From an uncultured Eubacteriales bacterium (lineage in GTDB: Bacteria; Bacillota; Clostridia; Oscillospirales; Oscillospiraceae): a stretch of 64,000 bases of DNA. The stretch lies in NCBI GenBank assembly GCA_965146675.1, contig CBCTHM010000012.1, forward strand, positions 2,748 to 66,747. Reading direction: 5' to 3'. This document shows, in pieces, positions 9,236 to 19,874 of this stretch; the stretch's first letter is position 1; the number at the start of each line of letters is the position of its first letter. The notes beneath the pieces were generated by a model that was not told the origin of the DNA, did no database searches, and saw only the letters and a program-made list of their open reading frames with translations. Made by a program: the position numbers and the translations under genes.

Positions 9236-9310
9236 AGGCGGCCAGAGGCCGCCCCTACAGCCGCCACCCACGGATATCCCGTAGGGGCGTGTTTCGCATG
9301 CCCGCGGGCG
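9236..9310. repeat. GTAG-type REP cluster
   Basis: ggcggccagaggccgcccctac and gtaggggcgtgtttcgcatgcccg. Confidence 0.7.
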
Positions 9311-9466
9311 GCCAGCTTCGTTCTATTCTCCGGCGGCAGCGTTGGCCGTGGTACAAGCATCCACTGCAGTGAAAGCGGTTTTCCAATTCGGCCTCACCCA
9401 TGACCTCCGGCACATAGATAACCGCCGCAGAGCGTAAGGCTCCGCGGCGGTGTGTCTTTCGTGATC

Positions 9467-11515
9467 CTAGGACTCTTCGGCGGCTTTCTTAGCCTCCTCA
9501 ATAATTTTCGCCTGGTTCATGGCAGGCACTTCCTCATACCGCTCAAATTTCAGGCTGTAAGAGCCCCGGCCCTGGGTCATGGAACGCAGATCGATGGCGT
9601 AGCTGCTCATCTCTCCCATCGGGACCTCGGCCTCCACCACCTGCAGGCCCCTACCATTGGGGTTCATACCCATAACGCGGCCCCGGCGCTTATTCAAGTC
9701 CCCGATAATATCGCCCATGTTGGCGTCAGGAATCGTAACCTGCAGAGAAGCAATGGGCTCCAGTAGCGTAGGCGCAGCCTTGGGAATGCCGTCCTTAAAC
9801 GCCAGGCTGGCCGCGGTCTTAAAGGCCATTTCTGAGGAGTCCACCGGATGGTAAGAGCCATCATACAGGACAGCCTTCAGAAATACCACCGGATATCCGG
9901 CCAGAACGCCCCGCTGGACAGCATCCCGCAAGCCCTTCTCTACCGCTGGGAAGAAGTTCTTAGGTACCGAACCGCCCACAACCTCCTCCGCAAAAATCAT
10001 TTCCTCAGACTCCTGCTGGGGCTCAAAGCGGATGCAGACATCTCCGAACTGGCCGTGCCCGCCAGACTGCTTCTTATGCCGGGCGTGGATCTCCACCTTC
10101 TTCTTGATTGTCTCCCGATAGGCAATCTTCATGGGGCGGAGCTCCGCCTCCACGTTATACTTGTTTTTTAGCTTGGAACAAAGCACATCCAGATGGATAT
10201 CCCCCACGCCGGAGAGGACCATTTCCTTGGTTTCGGCGCTGTTGCCGAAGTAGAAGGAGCGGTCTTCTTCGTTGAGCTTGGTCAGGCCGTTGGCAATCTT
10301 ATCCTCCTGCCCCTTGGCCTTGGCGTAGATGGCCATAGAGTAGCAGGGCTCCGCATAGGAGATGGGAGCCAGCGCGGTGGTCTTGCCGGCGGGGCCTAGG
10401 GTGTCGCCGGTATGCACGGAGGAAAGCTTACTCACTACGCCGATGTCGCCGCAGCAGATCTTGGTGGCGTCAGTGTACTTTTTGCCCTTGGGGAAGAACA
10501 GGCGACCCAGCTTCTCGCTGTCGCCCGTACGGGAGTTGACCAGGGTCAGGTCGGAGGACACGTCTCCGGAGAAGACCCGGAAATAGGAGTTCTTACCATA
10601 CTGGTCGGACAGGGTTTTAAAGACGAAGAGCATTGGCACGCCGCTGGGGTCCAGCTTAATTTCGCCCTCGTCGGCGGTAGGCAAGGGCCTGCCCTCCGTG
10701 GGGTTAGGTGCAAATTTCACCAAATTGTCCAGAAGGTTCAGCGTGCCCAGGCCGCTTACCGCGCAGCCGCAGAACACGGGGAACAAGGAGCGCTCCCGGA
10801 GCGCCGCCCGGATACCGGTCTGCAGCTCCTCCGGCGTGAAGGGTTCCTCCATGAAGAACTTTTCCATCATCTCCTCGCTGGTCTCGGCCGCGGCCTCGTT
10901 GAGTGCCCGGAGATACTGCTCCAGCCGTTGGGCCGCCTCCTCAGGCAGGTCCATGGCGCTGCCGTCTGGTTTCGTGGCCTTTTGTCCAATGACGTCCACA
11001 AGGCCCACGGTCTTCTCTCCGGAGAGGATGGGGAAGGTAAACGGCACGACGCCTTGACCATAGGCCGCCTGCAGCGCGTCCAGCACCTGGAAAAAATTGG
11101 CGTGCTCTTCGTCCAGCTTGGAAATGTAGAACATGGCGGGCAGCCCCGCCGCCTCCAGGGCGTTCCAGCTCTTTTCCGTGCCGACGCCGATGCCGCTCTT
11201 GGCCGTGACGCAAATCAGGCCCGCGTCCACCACGCGCAGAGACTGCGCCACTTCGCCTGCGAAATCAAAATACCCTGGGTTATCCAGGACGTTGATTTTA
11301 CATTTCTGGTACTCCACCGGAATGACGGAGGTGGAGATGGAGTAGCCGCGTTTAATTTCTTCCGGGTCAAAATCGCTGACCGTATTTCCGTCGGAGCGCT
11401 TGCCCAAGCGGTCCGTTCCCTTGGTCAAATACAGCATGCTCTCAGCCAGGGCGGACTTTCCGTCGCCGCCATGTCCCAGCAGGCAAATATTGCGAATGTC
11501 CTTAGCAGTGTACAT
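9467..11515 (-). CDS. fusA2: Elongation factor G paralogue (EF-G2/FusA2-like)
   Basis: IRNICLLGHGGDGKS, DNPGYFDF, KKQSGGHGQFG, DGSYHPVDSSEMAF, LRSMTQGRG; stand-alone, not in an rpsL-rpsG operon. Confidence 0.9.
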   Translation of the reverse strand: MYTAKDIRNICLLGHGGDGKSALAESMLYLTKGTDRLGKRSDGNTVSDFDPEEIKRGYSISTSVIPVEYQKCKINVLDNPGYFDFAGEVAQSLRVVDAGLICVTAKSGIGVGTEKSWNALEAAGLPAMFYISKLDEEHANFFQVLDALQAAYGQGVVPFTFPILSGEKTVGLVDVIGQKATKPDGSAMDLPEEAAQRLEQYLRALNEAAAETSEEMMEKFFMEEPFTPEELQTGIRAALRERSLFPVFCGCAVSGLGTLNLLDNLVKFAPNPTEGRPLPTADEGEIKLDPSGVPMLFVFKTLSDQYGKNSYFRVFSGDVSSDLTLVNSRTGDSEKLGRLFFPKGKKYTDATKICCGDIGVVSKLSSVHTGDTLGPAGKTTALAPISYAEPCYSMAIYAKAKGQEDKIANGLTKLNEEDRSFYFGNSAETKEMVLSGVGDIHLDVLCSKLKNKYNVEAELRPMKIAYRETIKKKVEIHARHKKQSGGHGQFGDVCIRFEPQQESEEMIFAEEVVGGSVPKNFFPAVEKGLRDAVQRGVLAGYPVVFLKAVLYDGSYHPVDSSEMAFKTAASLAFKDGIPKAAPTLLEPIASLQVTIPDANMGDIIGDLNKRRGRVMGMNPNGRGLQVVEAEVPMGEMSSYAIDLRSMTQGRGSYSLKFERYEEVPAMNQAKIIEEAKKAAEES

Positions 11516-11822
11516 ACATCAATACTCCTTTCACGAGGGTGGCACCTCATCGTCCCGCGCACGGCCAGTGGATCAGTACCACAACAAGATTATTATACAA
11601 GAACCAATAGGGGATTTCAATGCCTATTTTTGCGATTTTAACGAATCCTGTCACCTGTCCAGGGCCATTCGTTGTCAAAGAGTCCTGATTTCAGGCCCTC
11701 CCGCCTTGCAAATCCCATTCAAATCCCGTATAATAAAACCGTCTGAATTCCGTTCCGGTCCCTTTGTCCGGAGCCGAAGATCGCATACCCTCACTTTGTC
11801 TGCAGGGGAAGGAGTTGCGCCT

Positions 11823-12671
11823 ATGCCCGTACTCACCACTGTTCCAAACTCGGAAGAACTGCCCACCGCGGAGACGGTAAAACACTTTTTCGGCTCCCTC
11901 ACGTGGGAAAAATTGGTGCCCGTGTTGCTGCTGCTTGTGGTCGGCCTGGTAGTGATCAGGCTGCTGCTGCGGCTGTTCGATCGGGCCCTAAAGCGCTCCC
12001 GTTTAGAGCGGGCCGCCTACGGCATGCTTCGCTCCATCATGAAGGTGCTGCTGGGCTTTATTTTGCTTCTCATTGTGGCTTCCCAGCTGGGCGTGGACGT
12101 GTCCAGCTTGATCGCCCTGCTGAGCGTAATCTCTCTGGCCATTTCCCTGGCCGTGCAGGGGGCGCTGACCAACATTGTAGGCGGCGTCACCCTTCTAACC
12201 ACCCACCCGTTCAAAGCCGGCGACTATGTGCAAATTGGCGATCAGAGCGGTACCATTGAACAGGTGGGCGTAACCTACACAAAGCTGCTGACACCGGACA
12301 ACAAAGTGGTCAGTATACCCAACAGCGTGGCCACCACCGCGCAAATCACCAACTTTACAGCGGCCGGGACCCGGCGGGTGGACTTGACGGCCTCCGTCTC
12401 CTATGCCTGCCCGTTGGCAGAGGTCAAAAAGGCCCTGCTCCGCGCGGCCAATGCCCCTCAGACTCTGTCCACCCCTGCGCCCTTTGCCGGCATCAAGGAG
12501 TATGGCGACAGCGCCATTGTTTACGTGCTCCAGGTCTGGACCACAGCCGAGCAGTATTGGCCTGTCTTCTATACCCTGCAGGAAAACATCAAGGCGGAGC
12601 TCGACGCCGCCGGCATCGAACTGACCTATCCCCATCTTTGTGTACACCTGGAGGAGCCGCCGAAAGACTAA
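11823..12671 (+). CDS. mscS: Small-conductance mechanosensitive channel
   Basis: Three TM segments, then PFKAGDYVQI and VSIPNS. Confidence 0.9.
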   Translation: MPVLTTVPNSEELPTAETVKHFFGSLTWEKLVPVLLLLVVGLVVIRLLLRLFDRALKRSRLERAAYGMLRSIMKVLLGFILLLIVASQLGVDVSSLIALLSVISLAISLAVQGALTNIVGGVTLLTTHPFKAGDYVQIGDQSGTIEQVGVTYTKLLTPDNKVVSIPNSVATTAQITNFTAAGTRRVDLTASVSYACPLAEVKKALLRAANAPQTLSTPAPFAGIKEYGDSAIVYVLQVWTTAEQYWPVFYTLQENIKAELDAAGIELTYPHLCVHLEEPPKD

Positions 12672-12676
12672 CAGCC

Positions 12677-12704
12677 TGCAACCCTGTTCATTTTTTTCCG
12701 TCTA
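12677..12704 (+). promoter_or_regulatory. ECF-type autoregulatory promoter
   Basis: TGCAAC-N16-CGTCTA directly upstream of the ECF sigma gene. Confidence 0.7.
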
Positions 12705-12725
12705 GATAAAATAGGAGGAGCTTTT

Positions 12726-13277
12726 GTGGAAGACAGCCTGATTATCGACCTGTATTGGCAGCGCTCGGAACGGGCCATTTCAGAAACGGACCAGAAATAC
12801 GGCTCCTATTGCCGGGCCATCGCCTACGGTATTCTCAACTGCCGGGAGGACACGGAGGAGTGCGTCAGCGACACCTGGCTGCGGGCCTGGGAGGCCATGC
12901 CGCCTCAACGGCCCAATAAGCTCTCCGCTTTCCTGGGCCGCATCACCCGCAATCTGGCCCTGGACCGCTGGGACTATCACCACGCGGCCAAACGGTCCGG
13001 CTCCTTTGACCTGGTGCTCTCCGAGCTCAGCGAGTGTATCCCCAGTCCCAGAGACGACTTTGCCCAGTTGGAGCTCACGCAGCTCCTAAACGACTTCCTG
13101 CGGACTCTGCCGAAAAGCACCCGCACGTTGTTTCTGCGGCGTTACTGGTACTGCGACTCCATCTCGCAGCTGGCCCGCCGGTACGGTATGGGAGAGAGCG
13201 CCGTCAAATCCAGCCTGTTCCGCACCCGGAACAAGCTAAAAGTCTATTTGGAAAAGGAGGGCGTGGGAATTGACTGA
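12726..13277 (+). CDS. ECF RNA polymerase sigma factor
   Basis: DTEECVSDTWLRAW, FLGRITRNLALD, region-4 HTH VKSSLFRTR. Confidence 0.92.
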   Translation: MEDSLIIDLYWQRSERAISETDQKYGSYCRAIAYGILNCREDTEECVSDTWLRAWEAMPPQRPNKLSAFLGRITRNLALDRWDYHHAAKRSGSFDLVLSELSECIPSPRDDFAQLELTQLLNDFLRTLPKSTRTLFLRRYWYCDSISQLARRYGMGESAVKSSLFRTRNKLKVYLEKEGVGID

Positions 13278-14043
13278 AAAGGATTTATTTCGCGCCATCG
13301 GGGATGTGGACGACAGCTTGGTGGCGGAGGCCCAAGAGCCTCCCCGCAAGCGCCTGCGCATCCCAGGCGGCCTGATTGCCGCCTGTCTATGCCTGATTGT
13401 AACCGTTTTGGCCGCCGTAGTTTTGCCGCAGAGCTTCCTTCCGGGAAACAAGCAAGAGCCTGCCGCCCAGCCAAGGTCCGAATCCGACGATTCTTCCATT
13501 TTAGGTTCTCCCCCGCTTGACAGCGCCGGCATCCAACTGCCCCCTGCCTCAGACTCTCAGGAGGCTGCGGAAAATCGGGCTGTCCCGGAGGCACCGTACA
13601 GCAATAGCTTGAGCCCGGCAGAGAATCAGCAAGTCCCTACGGACTTCGTGTTCACCCTCTCCTGGGGAACGGACGGAGCCTGCTCCTATAACAGCGCCGC
13701 CGGAGCGTTGCGCAACGGAGATTCCTCGGAGGCCCAGGGCGAACTTACGCTGACCCAGGAGCAGCGGCAAACGGCATGGTCGATTCTCAGCAGCTTAGAT
13801 TGGGATAGCTATCCGGAGGTCTATCACCCGGGTAATGCGGAAACCAATCCAGCCATGGACCTGCAGCTCAGCTTTACCGCCAACGGCCAGACGCACACCA
13901 TCCGTTGCGCGGCAATCGGCACGGACTTCACCTCGCCGGATCCAGTCGGCAACGCCTTTTTACAGACCTGTCAGCAGTTGATCGCTCTTTTGCAACGGAC
14001 GGACGCCTGGCAAGCCCTGCCGGACCCAGAACTGACTCAATAA
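13270..14043 (+). CDS. Putative membrane-anchored anti-sigma factor
   Basis: Overlaps the sigma stop codon; N-terminal LFRAIGDVDDSLVAEA, one TM segment, extracytoplasmic domain. Confidence 0.7.
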   Translation: MTEKDLFRAIGDVDDSLVAEAQEPPRKRLRIPGGLIAACLCLIVTVLAAVVLPQSFLPGNKQEPAAQPRSESDDSSILGSPPLDSAGIQLPPASDSQEAAENRAVPEAPYSNSLSPAENQQVPTDFVFTLSWGTDGACSYNSAAGALRNGDSSEAQGELTLTQEQRQTAWSILSSLDWDSYPEVYHPGNAETNPAMDLQLSFTANGQTHTIRCAAIGTDFTSPDPVGNAFLQTCQQLIALLQRTDAWQALPDPELTQ

Positions 14044-14096
14044 TCAAAGTGCGGCGGGTTGGTACTGTCCTCGTCCAGTCAACCGAAAAGGCCAGC

Positions 14097-14304
14097 CTCA
14101 GCGTGTCAAAAAAGTCTCACAGAGTTCGCCGCCCGCGGGCGGCGAAAAGATGCGGATCATTTTCCGCCGCGACATGTGCGTGGCGGAAAATACTTCTCAG
14201 GCTGCAAGTGTACGAGTTGTACGCCCTAGGCGTACAGCGAGTGCATGCAGCAGGCTGTAATTTCTCTGTCGAAAAACCCCTACGGGGTTTTTCGACAGTC
14301 TGAG
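14097..14304 (+). mobile_element. ~208-bp TIR-bounded MITE-like element (complete copy 2)
   Basis: CTCAGCGTGTCAAAAAA ... TTTTTCGACAGTCTGAG with four internal hairpins shared with 7441-7635. Confidence 0.75.
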
Positions 14305-14335
14305 GCCACGGCACTGTTGTGCCGTGGCCTTTTTT
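14303..14335. terminator. Terminator between the convergent anti-sigma and clpB genes
   Basis: aggccacggcac/gtgccgtggcct stem followed by a T tract. Confidence 0.75.
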
Positions 14336-14340
14336 GGGCA

Positions 14341-16932
14341 TTATTGCAGGAACAGGCCCCGTTCGTTGGCGTCCACTGTGACCGTTTGACCGGGCAACAC
14401 GTCTCCGGAAAGCAACTTTTTTGCCAGGAGCGTTTCCACCGTATGCTGGACGTACCGCCGCAGCGGCCGGGCGCCGTATTGCGGGTCGTAGGCCGCCTCG
14501 ATGATATGGCGTTTGGCTCGCTCCGTCAATACGCAGCGGATCTCCTGCTCCTCCAGTCGGCGATTCAACTTTACCATCTGCAAATCAATGATGGCCGTGA
14601 CGTCCTGCTTGGACAGCGGCTTGTAAAATACAATTTCATCCAGCCGGTTCAAGAATTCGGGCCGGAAGGACTGCCGCAGCAGCTGTGCCACCTGCGCTCT
14701 TGCCGACTGGCAGATCGAGCCGTCGGGGCCGATACCCTCTAAGAGGTACTGGGAACCCAGATTGGAGGTCAGGATGATGATGGTATTTTTAAAATCCACC
14801 GTCCTGCCCTGCGCATCGGTAATTCGTCCATCATCCAGGACCTGCAGCAGCACGTTGAACACATCCGGATGTGCCTTTTCTACCTCGTCGAACAGGACCA
14901 CAGAGTAGGGCTTCCGCCGGACCGCCTCCGTGAGCTGGCCCCCCTCCTCATAGCCCACATATCCGGGAGGTGCACCCAGCAGGCGGGACACGGCGAATTT
15001 CTCCATATACTCGGACATGTCGATGCGCACCAGATTATTCTCGTCGTCAAACAGAGTCTCCGCCAGGGACTTGGCCAGCTCTGTCTTTCCCACGCCGGTA
15101 GGACCCAGAAACAGGAAGGAGCCGATGGGCCGGTTGGGGTCCTGGATGCCGGCGCGGCTGCGCTGGATAGCCTCGGTAACTGCCTGGACCGCCTCCTTCT
15201 GGCCCACTACCCGCTGATGCAGCTGCTCGTCTAGGCGCAGAAGCTTTTCCCGTTCGCCTTCTACCAGCTTCGACACGGGAATGCCGGTCCACCGCTCCAC
15301 AATCCGGGCGATTTCCTCCTCCGTGACCTTGTCCCGGAGCATGTTGGACTGCCTGACGTTCTGGGCCAGCTGTTCCTCCTGTTCCAGAGCACGCTTGGCC
15401 TCGGGGAGTCTGCCGTATTTCAGCTCAGCGGCCTTTTCCAAATCATACTGTTGCTCCGCCTGCTCGATCTGCCGGTTCAGCTCTTCAATCTGTTCCCGGA
15501 GCTGCTGGACCCGCTCAATGGCGTTCTTCTCATTTTCCCACTGGGCCTTCTTAGATTGAAATTGCTCCCGCTCCTCGGCCAGCTCCTTTTGTAGCTCTTC
15601 CAAACGCGCCTTGGACCGCCCGTCCTCCTCTTTCTTCAGAGCCGCCTCCTCAATTTCCATCTGAATAATTTTACGGGAAATCACATCCAACTCCGTGGGC
15701 ATGGAGTCCATCTCCGTGCGGATCAGTGCACAGCCCTCGTCGATGAGGTCGATGGCCTTGTCCGGCAAAAACCGGTCCGAAATATACCGGTGGGACAGGG
15801 TCGCGGCGGCGATGATGGCCGTGTCCGTGATTTTTACGCCGTGGTAAACCTCGTAGCGCTCCTTCAGGCCCCGCAGGATGGCGATGGTGTCCTCCACCGT
15901 AGGCTCGTTCACCATCACAGGCTGGAATCTCCGCTCCAGAGCCGGGTCTTTCTCAATATACTGCCGGTATTCATCCAAGGTGGTGGCGCCGATGCAGTGC
16001 AGCTCTCCTCTGGCCAGCATGGGCTTGAGCAGATTCCCCGCATCCATGGAGCCCTCGGTCTTCCCCGCTCCTACGATAGTATGCAGCTCATCGATGAAAA
16101 GAATAATGTTGCCCTCAGAGCGCTTTACCTCGGCCAGTACCGCCTTGAGCCGCTCCTCGAACTCCCCGCGGTACTTTGCGCCCGCAATCAAGGCGCCCAT
16201 ATCCAGAGAAAAGATGGTCTTTTCCTGTAGGTTCTTTGGTACGTCCCCCCGGACAATCCGCTGGGCCAGTCCCTCCGCAATCGCGGTTTTCCCCACACCT
16301 GGTTCCCCGATGAGAACAGGGTTATTCTTCGTCTTCCGGGAGAGGATCCGAATGACGTTTCGGATCTCCTCGTCCCGGCCGATCACCGGATCCATTTTCT
16401 GGTCCCGCGCCCGTTTCACCAGGTCCGAGCCATACTTCTCCAGGGCCTCATAGGTCTGCTCCGGGTCATCCGTGGTGACCCGTTGGTTCCCCCGGACTTC
16501 CTGCAGGGTTTGCAGGCAAGCCTCCTTTTGGATCTGGTAGGTATGAAACAATTGCTTGACGGCGCCTTCCGCAGCCTCTAATAAACCGAGAAACAAGTGC
16601 TCCACCGAGACGTATTCGTCCTTCATGGAGGCGGCCAGCTTCTCCGCCTGAAGGAAAGCCTGGTCCAGACCATGGGTAATATACAATTTATCCGCCTCTC
16701 GGCTACCCGTGACCGAGGGGATTTTTCTCAACTCCTCCGTTGCCGTAGCCTCTAGGCTCTCCACGGTCACTCCCATCCTGCGCAGCAGCTGCGGAATCAG
16801 CCCGCCGTCCTGCCGAAGAAGGGCCACCAGAAGATGAACCTGCTCCATTTGCTGATGACTGTATTCTAGGGCCAATGCCTGAGCATTCTGCACTGCTTCC
16901 AAGGATTTTTGTGTATAGTGATTAAAATTCAT
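14341..16932 (-). CDS. clpB: ATP-dependent chaperone ClpB
   Basis: Two AAA+ modules ([16 protein letters not shown]) and a long coiled-coil M domain with AAELKYG. Confidence 0.96.
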   Translation of the reverse strand: MNFNHYTQKSLEAVQNAQALALEYSHQQMEQVHLLVALLRQDGGLIPQLLRRMGVTVESLEATATEELRKIPSVTGSREADKLYITHGLDQAFLQAEKLAASMKDEYVSVEHLFLGLLEAAEGAVKQLFHTYQIQKEACLQTLQEVRGNQRVTTDDPEQTYEALEKYGSDLVKRARDQKMDPVIGRDEEIRNVIRILSRKTKNNPVLIGEPGVGKTAIAEGLAQRIVRGDVPKNLQEKTIFSLDMGALIAGAKYRGEFEERLKAVLAEVKRSEGNIILFIDELHTIVGAGKTEGSMDAGNLLKPMLARGELHCIGATTLDEYRQYIEKDPALERRFQPVMVNEPTVEDTIAILRGLKERYEVYHGVKITDTAIIAAATLSHRYISDRFLPDKAIDLIDEGCALIRTEMDSMPTELDVISRKIIQMEIEEAALKKEEDGRSKARLEELQKELAEEREQFQSKKAQWENEKNAIERVQQLREQIEELNRQIEQAEQQYDLEKAAELKYGRLPEAKRALEQEEQLAQNVRQSNMLRDKVTEEEIARIVERWTGIPVSKLVEGEREKLLRLDEQLHQRVVGQKEAVQAVTEAIQRSRAGIQDPNRPIGSFLFLGPTGVGKTELAKSLAETLFDDENNLVRIDMSEYMEKFAVSRLLGAPPGYVGYEEGGQLTEAVRRKPYSVVLFDEVEKAHPDVFNVLLQVLDDGRITDAQGRTVDFKNTIIILTSNLGSQYLLEGIGPDGSICQSARAQVAQLLRQSFRPEFLNRLDEIVFYKPLSKQDVTAIIDLQMVKLNRRLEEQEIRCVLTERAKRHIIEAAYDPQYGARPLRRYVQHTVETLLAKKLLSGDVLPGQTVTVDANERGLFLQ

Positions 16933-16970
16933 ATGCAACACTCCTTCGCCACCTGAGGCGGCCGCCTATT

Positions 16971-16997
16971 TTAGCACTCTTCTTTAGAGAGTGCTAA
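16971..16997. promoter_or_regulatory. CIRCE element (HrcA operator)
   Basis: Perfect TTAGCACTC-N9-GAGTGCTAA between the promoter (TTGACA 17033-38, TATAGT 17011-16, minus strand) and clpB. Confidence 0.95.
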
Positions 16998-17227
16998 TCC
17001 ATTTGCATTCACTATACCCCTTTTTTCCGATTTGTCAAGGGGCTCTCCGTGAGATTACTTCCACGTTCTTTTCGCTGTTTTTCGTTAAAATATCTTTTTC
17101 TCGGATTGTTATAGTTTTCGTCATATAGTCTCCCCACAGGCGGCCATTTTAATAGCCCAAACTATCGAGGCGGCTATCGGCCGCCTGTGTCGCCTGCCAA
17201 CGCCGTAGGTGCCTCTATCCAAAAAAA

Positions 17228-17251
17228 CGGGCGAGCACAGCTCGCCCCTAC
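17228..17251. repeat. GTAG-type REP
   Basis: cgggcgagcacagctcgcccctac. Confidence 0.75.
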
Positions 17252-17329
17252 AGAATCCCTATGGGCTGTTCCCTTGTTGGGGTATTCTCCGTCCACCCCA
17301 CTGGATTCTACATTGCACCAATAAAAACA

Positions 17330-17365
17330 CAGCGCCTGCCGCGAAATTTTTGCGGCAGGCGCTGC
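17330..17365 (-). terminator. rex terminator
   Basis: cagcgcctgccgc/gcggcaggcgctg. Confidence 0.7.
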
Positions 17366-17374
17366 ATGCTCCTC

Positions 17375-18013
17375 TCATTTTCCGTTGATTTGGGCAGACA
17401 GATGCATGGATAAAACGGCAAGAGAGGTTGCCATATTTTCATACTGAACCAAAATTGGTTCCGGAACATCCAAGTGTGACGGGGCAAAAGTCCAAACCGC
17501 CTTAATGCCGTTGGCAATCAGAAGGTTACAGACCGCCTGAGCATGGGATGCAGGTACCGTGATGATACCCATCAAAATCTTCCGTTCCCGGCAAAAATCC
17601 TTCAGCTTGGAGATGTGATAGATCGGCTTCCCCGACTCCAGCCGCCCGTCCAGGCGCTCGTCGATATCGAAAGCCGCCACGATGTTCAGGCCGTAATCGG
17701 CAAATCCGCCGTATCCCAGAAGGGCCCGGCCCAGCTTGCCGGCGCCTATGAGCACCGCTTCCGTGGTATTGTCGTACCCCAAAAACTGCTCAATATCATG
17801 AATCAGACGCTCCCGCAGGTAACCGACCTTGGGTCTGCCGCCGTCGGATACCAGGGCCAAATCCTTTCGGACCTGCACCTCGCCCATAGCCAGGGCCGCG
17901 GCCAGGGCTGTGGCAGAGATGTTGGCGGGGCCTTCCTCAGGCAGGGATTTGAGATACGCCAAATAGCCGGGAAGCCGCTTTAGCACGGATTTGGAAACCT
18001 CTTTCTGACTCAT
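17375..18013 (-). CDS. rex: Redox-sensing repressor Rex
   Basis: RLPGYL, QVRKDL, G-RPKVGY, IGAGKLGRAL, AFDI. Confidence 0.93.
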   Translation of the reverse strand: MSQKEVSKSVLKRLPGYLAYLKSLPEEGPANISATALAAALAMGEVQVRKDLALVSDGGRPKVGYLRERLIHDIEQFLGYDNTTEAVLIGAGKLGRALLGYGGFADYGLNIVAAFDIDERLDGRLESGKPIYHISKLKDFCRERKILMGIITVPASHAQAVCNLLIANGIKAVWTFAPSHLDVPEPILVQYENMATSLAVLSMHLSAQINGK

Positions 18014-18147
18014 GCTGAATCCACCCCGCTTCGTAGTCTCTTCCCCATACCCGCGCAAAAAGGCGAAAAGTCGCGGCAAACCGGGAATTTCCTTCATTAT
18101 AGCACCCCAGTTTTGGATTTGCAACGGAAATTTTAAATCCTGACGGC

Positions 18148-18855
18148 CTACGAGGTTTGACGGAGAATCTCCCGCCGCAGCCGCGTCATGATCCGTTTTT
18201 CCAGCCGGGAAATATAAGATTGGGAGATGCCCATCAGGTCCGCCACCTCTTTCTGCGTTTTTTCCTGCCGTCCGGCCAGCCCAAAACGAAGCACCACAAT
18301 TTTTTTCTCCCGCTCCGGCAGCCGTTCCAGAGCCTCCCGCAGGAGCTGCTGATCCACCATGTCCTCCAGCGGGCGCATAATCATATCCCCATCGGTGCCC
18401 AACACGTCCGACAGCAGCAGTTCGTTGCCGTCCCAGTCCGTGTTAATCGGTTCATCCAGTGAAATCTCGGCCTTTTGGGAGGAAATCTTCCGGATGTGCA
18501 TAAGAATCTCGTTTTCGATACACCGGGAGGCGTAGGTTGCCAGCTTAATGTTTTTATCCTTGCGGTAGGTGCCCACCGCTTTAATCAGTCCGATGGTCCC
18601 GATGGAAATCAGATCCTCAATGTTAACCCCCGTGTTTTCAAATCGCCGGGCGATGTACACCACCAGGCGTAGATTGCGCTCTATAAGCCGCTGCTTGGCC
18701 TTCTCGTCCCCCGCCTCCATCTGCACCAACAGCTCCTGTTCCTCCGGCGCCCGCAGGGGCGGCGGGAGAATGTCGCTGCCCCCTATGTAGAACACGCTCT
18801 CCGGCTGTAGTAAGCCCAGCCTTTGTAAAATTCTTTCCAAAAGTTTACTACGCAT
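18148..18855 (-). CDS. sigE: Pro-sigma-E sporulation sigma factor
   Basis: [50 protein letters not shown]. Confidence 0.96.
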   Translation of the reverse strand: MRSKLLERILQRLGLLQPESVFYIGGSDILPPPLRAPEEQELLVQMEAGDEKAKQRLIERNLRLVVYIARRFENTGVNIEDLISIGTIGLIKAVGTYRKDKNIKLATYASRCIENEILMHIRKISSQKAEISLDEPINTDWDGNELLLSDVLGTDGDMIMRPLEDMVDQQLLREALERLPEREKKIVVLRFGLAGRQEKTQKEVADLMGISQSYISRLEKRIMTRLRREILRQTS

Positions 18856-19645
18856 ATTGTCCCCCTCCTGTCAGCGCCTGATACTCCCCCGCCGCCGAGA
18901 GACTTTCTGGTGAAAACGCCACCAGAGGCCCGGCGGACCTGCCTTTAATGGTCACCTGGTCACAGCGTACCGCCAGCAGCAGGCCGCTCCCTCCCACCGC
19001 CCGGTAGGGGATCAACCTGCACCGCAAGCTTGGCGAAGCCGCGCTCAAAAGCTGCATGGCCTCCGCTGGATGCTGCAGCTGCTCCGGACTTAGGCTGCAG
19101 GGCAGCAGCCTTCTTGCTGCGTCATACTGGGCAATGAGAACGCTTTGTCCGCTCAGTGGATCCTTCAGCGTGTTACCCGTATCCTGCAGCGCTATCAACT
19201 CTACCTCCTTTTCTCCCAGGGCGATCCGCACGGGGACCACTTGTCCTGCATGGGTCATAGCGCCCCGCAAAAACAGGCAGCATGCCAGATATAGGCCCCC
19301 CGCCGCCAGCAGCAGCGCCGGCAGGGACCAACAGCCCAGGCAATAGGCCAGTCCTCCCAAGGCAAAGCTCAATCCCAGAAAGAGCCCTGCCTGTCGCAGC
19401 TGCCGTTTGCCGACTCCAAAGGCCGCCGACACCATTGCCATGCAGAACACGACTCTCCAGAAAAACCCCCGCAAAAACCCGAAGCCAGGCAGAAGGCTTA
19501 GCACCGCATACAAAGCGCCGAAAGCCGCGGCGCCAGCCAGACGCCAGGGCCGCAGACCGCCGCCCGTCAAGCGGGCCGTCGACAGCAAAAGCAAATAATT
19601 GATGACAAAATTCAGCAGAAGCGCCAAGTCCAGATAAACCGTCAC
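18848..19645 (-). CDS. spoIIGA: Sigma-E processing peptidase SpoIIGA
   Basis: VYLD...NFVINYLLL, five TM segments, DTGNTLKDP aspartic-protease motif; overlaps the sigE start. Confidence 0.92.
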   Translation of the reverse strand: MTVYLDLALLLNFVINYLLLLSTARLTGGGLRPWRLAGAAAFGALYAVLSLLPGFGFLRGFFWRVVFCMAMVSAAFGVGKRQLRQAGLFLGLSFALGGLAYCLGCWSLPALLLAAGGLYLACCLFLRGAMTHAGQVVPVRIALGEKEVELIALQDTGNTLKDPLSGQSVLIAQYDAARRLLPCSLSPEQLQHPAEAMQLLSAASPSLRCRLIPYRAVGGSGLLLAVRCDQVTIKGRSAGPLVAFSPESLSAAGEYQALTGGGQYA

Positions 19646-19874
19646 TCGGGTCTCCCCCTTCCTTCTGGACAAAGTATATCGCCGCGCCGGCAAAAAACAG
19701 GTCGCAATCCCTAGGGGGATCGCGGCCTGTTAGACCCAAGATGCTGTTCCTTTGCCCAAAATGAAAGGCGCCTCTGCCTGTCCAGTCAAAAATTTCCTGC
19801 AAACCCAGCCAAAACGGACCAAAATCAGTCGTACGATTGGCTGTCTCCGGCGTTCTATCCAGGCAAATCCTGTT

